DNA of 64,000 nt from Schmidtea polychroa (Eukaryota): contig CM097885.1 in NCBI GenBank assembly GCA_044892525.1, positions 46,502,001-46,566,000 of the forward strand, given 5' to 3'. Of the stretch, positions 49,501 through 64,000 are shown piece by piece. The position numbers were made by a program, and so were the translations under genes. How positions within the stretch are numbered: the stretch's first letter is position 1; each line of letters begins with the position of its first letter. The notes under the pieces are model-generated. The model was not told the origin of the DNA, searched no databases, and was given only the letters and a program-made list of their open reading frames with translations.

Positions 49501-50659
49501 TTCTCCCCGCCACAAATGAAGGAGGAGCGGAGTAAGATTCTCCGACTAGAACACTGCAGAGATAGCCTCCTAGAGGAGAGCCGAAACCAACGATTGACTA
49601 TTAAAGCCCAGTCCGAAGCCCTCCACAAGGTTTATACGGAGGCGGAACTGGCCAAGCGGGTACGGGAATTCCCCGTCTTGGAGAACACAAATGTCTTCCC
49701 ACTCCATCATCGAATATCTCAATCGACTACTACAACCTGCCAAGGGCATGGTTCACATCTACCACCCATCCCGGCTCCAATTTTATCTGGTTATCAACCT
49801 TTGGTAGGTGGACCTACTGATCCCATCTTAGCTCCAATCCTAGTGGCTCCCGTCGTCACCTCGAACACGGACAACCCTCCGCCATCTCGCAAACGAAAAC
49901 GGCCAACCCGGGCCGAGAAAAATCAGAAACGCCGAGATGCAATGGCTGCACTCGAAGCGTCACTATCTGCAGCCAAATCCACCATAAAGGAGATATCGTC
50001 TAGCCACTCAATTCCCACAAAGGAAATCTTTCGCATCGTTCCGGCAGAAGGCATTAAATACATTTCCAACCAACGATTGCCGGTTGACATCGACGAGATG
50101 CTTGCAGAAGGAGAAGCATTCTCGTAGCAACTCTCTGTTCGGGTCTCGATTCCCTACTATTACGAATAGACTTGGAAAATTGACATTATCTTGTGCCTAA
50201 TCTTTAATGTTTTATATTTATTTATGTAGTGTTGCATGTATTTTTGATGTTTCGTTATAATACAACTGTTCTATTTTTCTTTGATGGTGCTAATTGTATG
50301 TATGAATTACTATGGTTGAATTGCGGAAGAGCAGGGTCCTGAAAGTGTAGTAGAGGCTTAAATGTCGTCCCCTTGGACCAGGGTCGGACTGAATTTTGTG
50401 CGAAGAACTGGGTAAGACCTTCTAGGGCGCCATGGAACCCGAACCGAGAAAGGGTTAGGAGTAGTCCTAAGACAGGGGCTCACCTGCTAACTTTTTCCAA
50501 CCCGTGTGAGCAGCACCAACGTGGAACAGCACCACGGGCTCATACGTGGGAATTTGTGAATGATCATCTGGAGTGTGTGCGGGAATGGCCTGAGCGGAAT
50601 CATGATGCTTGATGTGTATGAGATGCATGTATATTTTCTTTTCCCCACATACGCCAACA
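46532..50659 (+). mobile_element. Giant (4128 bp) solo-LTR-like element B
   Basis: TGTTGGG...GCCAACA with perfect TSD TTAT. Same layout and homologous ORF as element A. Confidence 0.88.
49366..50127 (+). CDS. Orphan LTR-encoded protein, intact 253 aa
   Basis: CFSC, coiled coil, Pro-rich linker, RKRKR, acidic DIDEMLAEGE tail. ATG immediately after a TTTTCTAG acceptor. Homologous to 12783-13533. Confidence 0.85.
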   Translation: MTTSSSNTKELRPCFSCAEKNADIAQLHLYIGALKKRIDLYEGTWFSPPQMKEERSKILRLEHCRDSLLEESRNQRLTIKAQSEALHKVYTEAELAKRVREFPVLENTNVFPLHHRISQSTTTTCQGHGSHLPPIPAPILSGYQPLVGGPTDPILAPILVAPVVTSNTDNPPPSRKRKRPTRAEKNQKRRDAMAALEASLSAAKSTIKEISSSHSIPTKEIFRIVPAEGIKYISNQRLPVDIDEMLAEGEAFS

Positions 50660-51014
50660 TTATATATACTCTGAGTTTATCCGACAGGATGTTTTGACCC
50701 TCTAAGGGTATTGATCCTAAGGGTACTGGTCGTAATGGTATTAGTCACACTCATCCCCCACCTACCAATTAACTAGTCACCATGTACTAACAACTATTGG
50801 ATTCGTCGAAATATCACGAGGGAATGTAATTGATAATTAATATCCTCACTTTCGAAAAAGGCAGCATTTGAAAAACAGTTCGTGTAATTGGAAATAAATA
50901 TCAATCTTGCATTGAATAATAACGAGAAAAATTTAATTAATAAATCAGCAAATTTTTATAAAACGAATAAATCTATAATAATAATAATATAAAGGTTTTA
51001 ATCTCATGATCTCA

Positions 51015-55638
<4,624 letters not shown>

Positions 55639-56845
55639 TTACAAATTTAAATGAAATACGTTGCCAATAACAACAAGCAATAATAAAACAATATGAGACT
55701 ATTGAAAGTTTCAGATTGAAATATAATTTCTTTATATATAAAATAAATGATAATATCTTAAACTTAAAAAATTATTTTGGTTTTTTTCCTTTCTATTAAG
55801 ATACAAAATTTTATAATATATAAAAATTAAAAATATCAGTAAAATTTTTAGTCACAAATGATAGATCTTAATTTCAGGTAAAAGATCAATATTTGTGTTT
55901 AAAAGTTTTGCAAATTTAAAATATGTAGAAAGTATATGGCTAAATGGCAAGTGTAATCTGTGGGCCCACCAATCTAGATGTTGGTAAGTGTGCCTAGCGA
56001 AATCTGAAACTTGAGCAACATGTCAGATTAATGTTTCTAACCGACTAGGTATCCATGGTTATGACCATGTTTTATCTACGGAGTCATTGAGAGCTGAAAG
56101 GCACATGACTCTCTGTGTTAAGAGTACTCCTTTTTAGACTTTCTGAGCAGGTTTCAGGCTGCCGATAGAAGGAATTACGTCGACGTTCCTCAATTTCGAA
56201 GTCATTGTCTTTCGTTTCTGACTAATAGTTCTTCTGGTGTTTGAGTAAATTGCTGACATTTGTTTTAACGTAACGTATAGATTATGTCTATTACTTATAT
56301 AAATAACAACAACAAAAACAAAAAAATAACTAGATAAAATGTACATAATCTATTTAAACAACATCTCCAAAATAAACAAACAATAGATAAACAGAAAAAA
56401 AGTTTCGGATTGTCAAATTTACAACAAGTGTCAAAGGGTTTCTTATTTTGCAATGGCCAGCAGTTGGTTGAAATCAAATACATCGTCTGGGTCTAAATTG
56501 AAAGCCTTGCAAGAAGTTTGCATGTCGACTTCGGGAGGGTCGATGCTCGAGACTAGAAGACTTAAGACTGCAGATCATTTCTCCCGCTTCCTTATGTTTC
56601 ATTCTGGAGCCCGGGATTTGCTTGCGCTTCGGCCATGGAAGCCCTATCTTGACTGGAAGCTTGCTGCACATAGGTCCACCAAGACTGGTTTTGGCAACCC
56701 ACTAGATGATGTTGTTGAAGCTGGTGGAGTTGCTACCAACATCGAACACCCCACACAGGCTGACGATCTAGCAATGTATAAAATTCGTGAATATCAAAAA
56801 CATCGATATATTTACTGATTCATAGTCAAGCTTTTTAATAAATAC

Positions 56846-56957
<112 letters not shown>

Positions 56958-59146
56958 TTGGCGCTTACGGGGTGTGTCATTTAAATGTTCTAGTGGTTCT
57001 TATGGATTTGGCCTCGACTTTAACAGATTCTAACAGAGACTTATTTTGATCACTCTCAATTAATCTGAATTTAAATCGATTTCACTTTTCCGAGTAATGA
57101 CTCTAGCTTTCGTGTCTTGTTGTTTAAATCGTCTTATGATATGTGTCGATTTATGTTTCAATTGTTGGTACCCTCACTCAAATTCTCGCTGGTATATATA
57201 TTATTTTAAATTAACTTATTATATTTAAGGTAATTTTTAATTACTAAATATATGTGTTGGGCTGAGTCGAAAACCTAACTTTTGAAAATTAGGAAAAATA
57301 AGACAGTAGGACATTAAAGAAAATAAAAGTAAAATAAATAAATTAAAGAATAAAATAAAAATAGGACAACAAATTTTAAAATAAACCAATCAAGATATAA
57401 AAGAAACAATAAAGTAAGATATAAAGATTAAAACAAAAAATAAAAAATGAGAAAATTAAAATAAGATAATAAGACAATGAATAAAATGACGAAAAACGCA
57501 ACAAATAACGAGGAATTTAAGAAACAAATAAAAAAAATATAATAAAAATAAAGGAAAATAAGGAAAACAACCAAAGAAATAAGAAAAACAAATTAATTTA
57601 AAAATTAAAGCGGTACTCGATTTTGATTGGTCCGCATAAACGAGAAATGCATATATAAGTAAACAACAAACTCATTATAGTTACTGTTAAACCAAACCAT
57701 TTACAGGTAAGAAATAATGACAAATAGTTACTGATAAACCAAACCATTTACAGGTACTCGACTATCCAGACAATCACCGGACATTCAGAAAACAGACGAC
57801 TATTAGGAACAACTATCACTTCGATCTAACACTATAACCGATTTATTTAGCTTTTCGGCTCAGCCTTTTGAAATCACCGATTTACGAACGATAAGTAAGA
57901 ATGTGTTTTTATTGTGAAATTGCTTAAATGTTTTCGAAGTTAACAATAATTTTATTATATCAATTTAACAGATTTTAATAAATTTTCTTCATTCGATCTC
58001 ACTTTTTAATGATAATGCATTTTTATGATTAAATTCAAATACTAATGGTAGATGAATATCTATGATATGTCTTTATATTCAAGTTTTATTGGTTATAATA
58101 AAATTATATTTGAGAAACGTGGAGTTGAAGAGATCTATACCATGGTGTGAGGAGCCTTCGGGAGCTCAGCCGGTGGGTATAGACCTCTTCAATCACGCAG
58201 CTGACGTGGGCGGAAATGTGGGGGCTTCCTCACGGGTCCGTCGCTGAAGGTAATAAAATTCTGCAAGAAATAGTTGAAAGTGGAGTGGAGTACATTTCAA
58301 AGTTGAAAAGAGGAGGATAATCTTAACTGACAATGACTGAGGTGGCTACGAACTTTTTATTTATCAAAACCTCATTATTCTTAGATACCACACTTTGCAA
58401 TTTTCGTTTGACATCAGTACTTAGTCTGTATCGTCTATTCGCATCAACCGACACTCCATCATCTAGCTATAAACTACTCTTCTGTCAAGACTAACGTCAA
58501 TTTTCATCTGAAATAAAAGGAACTGAGTGCTAATATATTCACTCGGACGTTATACAATAGCATAGTGAGTATAAATGAAAAGTTACTGAACACATTTTGA
58601 ATAAAAAGACGTTTTCGAGAAATACTTTATTTTCGCCAAACATTTTTGTTTCTTCTGCAAATTACAATAGCGATAGTATGAAGTCCCTTCAGTAAAAGAT
58701 ATCTCCAACCGATATTGCCAAGGTGAAGATTTTTCGAATAAGCTGACGAAAATATCCACAAAAATAATATTTTCCAAGTAGAGAACGAAAGGGGTTGCAC
58801 ATCGTGAGAATAAAATCCAATATCCACGTTCGATGAGAGATAATCATAGGCAGTGTAAGGAGTTAGTAAACCTCTATATAAAATTATTATGGTTAAATGG
58901 TAGAAGTGAGATCAGTTAGTAGAAATAATTATTTCTGCTAAATTTGTATATTTAAATTCTATATTAAATTATATCATATTATATTAAATTATATTAAATT
59001 AAATCAATTAAATGTATGACCAGTAATTACATTAATATTAATAATTATCACGCCTCGGTGTTTAAATATTCTAGTAAACGGCACAATTTTTGAAGTTGTT
59101 ATAAAAATAAATGCTTGAAGAAGACTTGAATTTAATTGCGTCTAAC

Positions 59147-60187
59147 ATGGCGACCACGACCACGGATTTATTGATAAGCAGACTATTACCTGAGAAATTT
59201 CACAAAGGCGATGATTTAGAAAATTTTATCAAGGATTGTCAAAGGTTTTTTGGCGCGACAAAAACAACAATTAGGATGCAAGTAATATTAACTACAACAT
59301 TACTTGACATATCGCTAATGGAAGATTATGAAGCAGCCGAAGGAAAAACTATGGAAGAGAAACTTCGATATGCATTTTCAAAACCGACATCATTAATGGA
59401 TGATCTAAAAGAAGCTTTGAGTTATGAACAAGGATCAGATTCAGCCGAAACTTTTATAGAGAAAATTAAAAAGATGACAAAGAAATTAATAGCGCACAAA
59501 TGGGATGAAGAAGAAATAGAAAAATGCCTGCTTACAAACTGTGTAAGAGATCGAGAAGTTAAAAAAGAGATCGAGATGAAAGATTTGAAAACATCAGAAG
59601 AAATAAAAGCGACAATAAAGAAATTAGAAAAGGTAAACAAAATTATGGGCCACGTTAATGTTGTGAAGACTTCACCGGTTGTTCAAAACTACAGAAGCTA
59701 CAGAGATGTTGCTCAAAGAGGAATGGTAAACGGAAATAATAATTTCAAGCAGCGAAACGTCAGTAACCGACAATTGGAATGCTGGACATGCAAGAAAATT
59801 GGTCATGTGAGTCGAGAATGCCAAATGAAAAAGAAAATTACGTGTTTTGCATGCGGAGTTGAAGGCCACGTACGGCGAGAATGTTCAACGATTCAATGCC
59901 AGAGATGTCACTTACGTGGACATAAGGAGATTGACTGCTATACAAATTTGGAAAGAAGGAAGTTTCAAACTAATTCAAACATGAGAAACAATAATTATTA
60001 TGACCATCGAACCACAAGCTATCAACAAAAGATCAACAATCCAAGAAGAACAATTGCAGCAATTCAACCTAGTGATGAGACGATGCCATTGGAGTATTCA
60101 GACGATGCAGAAGACAAATATGAGGAGATTCAGCACCCGAAAGTACATGCTTCGACACGGGAGGCAATGATCGGAGCAATATACTAG
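59147..60187 (+). CDS. gag: Gag with three zinc knuckles
   Basis: CWTCKKIGHVSREC, CFACGVEGHVRREC, CQRCHLRGHKEIDC. Probable ATG at 59147. Confidence 0.92.
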   Translation: MATTTTDLLISRLLPEKFHKGDDLENFIKDCQRFFGATKTTIRMQVILTTTLLDISLMEDYEAAEGKTMEEKLRYAFSKPTSLMDDLKEALSYEQGSDSAETFIEKIKKMTKKLIAHKWDEEEIEKCLLTNCVRDREVKKEIEMKDLKTSEEIKATIKKLEKVNKIMGHVNVVKTSPVVQNYRSYRDVAQRGMVNGNNNFKQRNVSNRQLECWTCKKIGHVSRECQMKKKITCFACGVEGHVRRECSTIQCQRCHLRGHKEIDCYTNLERRKFQTNSNMRNNNYYDHRTTSYQQKINNPRRTIAAIQPSDETMPLEYSDDAEDKYEEIQHPKVHASTREAMIGAIY

Positions 60188-63100
60188 GTAATTTTGATAT
60201 TGATGTAAATATTGGTCATAATAATTTTAATAATGTAAATAATCCTTATATATATAATAATGTAGAACCTTTATGTAATAATATTTGTAATTTTAAAAAG
60301 TTTCCTTTAAATAATTTTAAATGTTATAGTTATTTTAATGCTGATCGATCTTTAATAAATAATAATAATAATAATCCTAAGAATCAAGAAGAGTATAGTA
60401 AAATTAAAGAAGCAGAATATAATAATAAAATAGTAAATGAAAAAGTTTATAAATTTATTAAGAAGGCAGAAGATGAATTAGAGAGAAATGAAATTGGGTG
60501 GATTAATGAAATATCAGAGGAGCAAAATATTTTCACTAAAGATGAATGGAAACGACCGAAATTGAGTTATGACAAAATGCAAGGTAGACCGAGTACAACT
60601 CTTGAAATTCAGGGTTATAGAATGGAATGCTTACTAGATACAGGAGCAAGAGTAAATGTAATGGCAGAAGCAGTTGTGGAAAAATTAGTGAATGTGAAAA
60701 TCATAAAAACAGATGAGATGTTAAGATGTGCAAATGATAGTAAATTAGAGACAATCGGAAAAATATATATTGATGTTAGAATTGGTAATATGGAAAGAAA
60801 AATAACATTTATAATAGTTAAAAATATTGTTCCAGATATAATAGGCGGAGTGGAATTGCAGAAAGAGTTTGGAATTGAATTAAACTACATCAAGCAAAAT
60901 GAAGACGGATATAATGAATTTGTATGTGAAATAGAGGCTAGATTTGGGGAAAAGATTACAGATAACGAGAGATGTCAAACAGCAATAGAAATTCTAAGAT
61001 TAAACGAAAATAAAAGACTGTTAGAGATTGTTAAAAACAATAAAAGTGTTTTTATGGCTAATAACTGGGATATCGGATGTACTGATTTAATTACACATAA
61101 AATCATCACAAAAGAAGGGCCAATTATGATAAAACCCAGAAGACAACCCATCAATTTAGAGGAGAAAATAAATGCTGCTATAAAAAATTTAGAAAATAAT
61201 GATATCATAAGAAGATGTAATTCACCTTGGAATACGCCGTTAGTATGCGTGTGGAAAAAAGACAAAAAAGATATCAGACTTTGTTTAGATTTTAGACAGC
61301 TTAATAAGATTACTGAAAGACAAGCTTTTCCTATGCCGAATGTAGAAGAAATTCTAGATACATTACATGGATCTAAGTACTTTAGTTCTATAGACCTTGG
61401 GAACGCTTATTATCAGGTGAAATTGGACATAGAATCGCAAGAAAAGACAGCATTTTCTACTAAAGAAGGACAATTTTATTTTAATAGAATGCCTTTTGGC
61501 ATTGCGGCGGCACCGGGTACATTCCAAGAATTAATGACAAAAATATTGAAAGATCTATGGAAAGAAGGAGTTATGGTGTATTTAGACGATATTTTAATTT
61601 TTACAAGAACAATTGAAGAACATTACAATGTGTTTGGAAAAGTTCTAGAGAAAATAAGGGAAGCTAAATTGAGAATCAACCCAGAAAAATGTCAGTTATT
61701 AAAGAGCGAAGTAAAGTTTTTAGGGCACATTATTAACAGTCAGGGGATTCGGACAGATCAAAGTAAAATTGAGGCTATTAAATCATTTCAGAGGCCTAAG
61801 TGTATAAAGAATTTGAGAAGCTTTTTAGGTATATGTAACTATTATCGGAGATTTATTAAGGAATATGCAACAAAATCAAGAGCGCTAGAAAGCATATGTG
61901 AAAGCAATAGTGAAAAAATAATCTGGACTGAGGAATGTGAGAAAGCTTTCGAAGAAATGAAAATGGCGTTGACTACAGCGCATTCTCGTATTTCCAGATT
62001 TCAAGAAAGAATTCATATTAGATACAGACGCAAGCTTTGATACAATTGGAGCTGTATTATCCCAAAGAGATGAAATGGGGCATGAACACGTTATTGCATA
62101 TGGATCCCATGCAATGAGTAGCCATGAAAGAGGATATTGTATAACACGAAAAGAGCTTTTGGCTATATATTATTTCTGTCGCCATTTCAACCATTATTTA
62201 TACGGTAAACGGTTTGTTTTGCGCACTGATCATAAAGCAATAACTTTTATGTTAACGACAAAGAAGCCGATAACAGCACAGTTCCAAACGTGGATAAATT
62301 ACTTGAGCAGTTTAGACATAAAAATGGAGTTCAGAAAAGGTACGGCGCATACGAATGCAGATATGCTGTCTAGAAATACATGCGGCAAATGTGTACAATG
62401 TTTGATGGACCATGATAACCCCAAATCAGGGCGATTAAAAACTAGATTGTTAACATTGATGACCGAAAATAATGGAAATGAATGGCAAAGAGATAATGCA
62501 GAAATACAAGATATAAAAGATCAAATAAATGAAAGGAAAAATAATAAATATATATTAAAAGGAAATATTATCTATACCAATCAAAACAAAATATGGATAC
62601 CAGAAACAAAAAGACGAGAAATGATTAAGGAAACACATTTATTATTATGCCACGCAGGAGTAGAAAAAGTTATGAAATATATTAGGAACAATTTTGATAT
62701 GGAAGATTTGCTAAATGAAGTAAAAGAGACTATTTCAATATGTGAAGCATGCCAGAAAAACAAAGTTTTAACTACAAAGTCAAAAGAAAAAACCCAAGTA
62801 ATTTAAGCTTCAGAACCTATGGAGAAAATATACATGGATATTTGCGGTCCATTAAGAGAAACCTTCATAGGAGAAAAATATATTTGTGCAATAATCGATC
62901 ATTACAGTAAATACATATCTCTAACTCCTATTAGAAAGCAAGATGAAAATACAATAAAGGCAGTTTTGTTAAATAATTGGATATTGAAATTTGGAGCCCC
63001 TAAGGAACTACATGTTGATTGTGGAAAAAATTTCGAAGCAAGTAGCATTAAAGAACTAGCAAAGGCAGCAGGAATTGAGTTGATATTTTCGAGTCCGTAT

Positions 63101-63640
63101 CATCATAATACTAATGGTGTAATTGAAAGACAATTTCGTACTATAAGAGACTATATTAACGCGTCACTCAGAGAAGGAGTTAAAAAAAGCTGGGCAGAAT
63201 TAATACCTGATATAAAATACGTTTTAAATGCGACAGCTCAAAAAACTACTGGAGTGAGTCCAGCAGAAATTATTTTTGGAAGAAAGATTAATAGATCGCA
63301 ATGGCATAGTAATAATGAAATGGATAGAAATGAAATCATGCGGAAATTAGAGGCTAAAAGACAGCAAGCGAAAGAAATTGGCACAACTAGGAACTTAGAA
63401 GTGGGGGACAAAGTATTGGTGAAACAAGAAATTAGAAACAAAGATCACGAGAGATATGAAGGACCATACACAGTAATAAAACGAAATCATGAAAGAAGTT
63501 ATTTATTAACAGACGAAAACGGAAGAAAAATAACGAGGAATATAGAAAAGTTAAAGCATTTTAAAGAAGGGGGATGTAAGGAGTTAGTAAACCTCTATAT
63601 AAAATTATTATGGTTAAATGGTAGAAGTGAGATCAGTTAG
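60124..63640 (+). pseudogene. pol: Pol (protease-RT-RNase H-integrase) in the -1 frame relative to gag; frameshift at ~61980 and stop at 62804
   Basis: LLDTGA, RLCLDFR, YLDD, LDTDAS (shifted frame), HHCC, integrase core, GPY. Frame open from 60124. Confidence 0.92.
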
Positions 63641-64000
63641 TAGAAATAATTATTTCTGCTAAATTTGTATATTTAAATTCTATATTAAATTATATCATAT
63701 TATATTAAATTATATTAAATTAAATCAATTAAATGTATGACCAGTAATTACATTAATATTAATAATTATCACGCCTCGGTGTTTAAATATTCTAGTAAAC
63801 GGCACAATTTTTGAAGTTGTTATAAAAATAAATGCTTGAAGAAGACTTGAATTTAATTGCGTCGAACAGGCAGCATATTGATTTAACGAATTAATTCCAA
63901 CTAGCGGTGTATTATGACCATCTGTAAAACTATAAATTTTGATGACAGGAGAACATACGAGGCGAGTCACATGCACTGATATACACCAGTATAACTTACA

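Larger units (their letters stand above)
58854..63868 (+). mobile_element. Full-length young Ty3/Gypsy retrotransposon (5015 bp)
   Basis: 294-bp LTRs 58854-59147 and 63575-63868 (TG..CA, one visible mismatch near the end), 5-bp TSD GGCAG, PBS TGGCGACCACG at 59148, PPT AAAGAAGGGGGA. Confidence 0.97.
57255..64000 (+). mobile_element. Giant LTR-like element C (relative of A), interrupted by a Gypsy insertion and running off the window
   Basis: Start TGTTGGGCTGAGTCGAAAAC.TAACTTTTGAAAATT is near-identical to 9919. Same TATA/repeat-intron layout. 58111-58249 is homologous to 10775-10914. Confidence 0.85.

Noticed and set aside
56453..56818. 121-aa ORF before an (AAT)n tail, possibly a non-LTR retroelement 3' end
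   Set aside because: No convincing RT or endonuclease motif could be read, so left unassigned.

Overview
AT-rich eukaryotic (metazoan, planarian-like by composition and ~45-50 nt introns; species not determinable from the window) region dominated by nested transposable elements around four intron-containing host genes. Centrepiece 1 is a 13.3 kb Polinton/Maverick (adintovirus-type) element at 29696-42965 with ~1 kb TIRs and a 6-bp TSD, inserted between gag and protease of a Gypsy element. It encodes pPolB, major and minor capsid, adenain protease, a fibre-like protein, a membrane protein with YPxL/PSAP motifs and a ZnF-PLA2-integrase fusion. It lacks a packaging ATPase and carries four tRNA-like Pol III (A-box/B-box/oligo-T) units reminiscent of adenovirus VA RNA genes. 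Centrepiece 2 is a set of three divergent TGTTG..CAACA elements, probably giant solo LTRs: two complete 4.1 kb copies with perfect 4-bp TSDs (9919-14066, 46532-50659) and one running off the window (57255-end). They share an internal spliced transcription unit, a self-duplicated mini-intron, an internal complement of their own 5' end, covarying RNA structures and, in the two complete copies, an orphan ~250-aa CxxC/coiled-coil/NLS/acidic protein. Also present: a young full-length Gypsy element (58854-63868), hAT and piggyBac fossils and MITEs, small solo LTRs and microsatellites.
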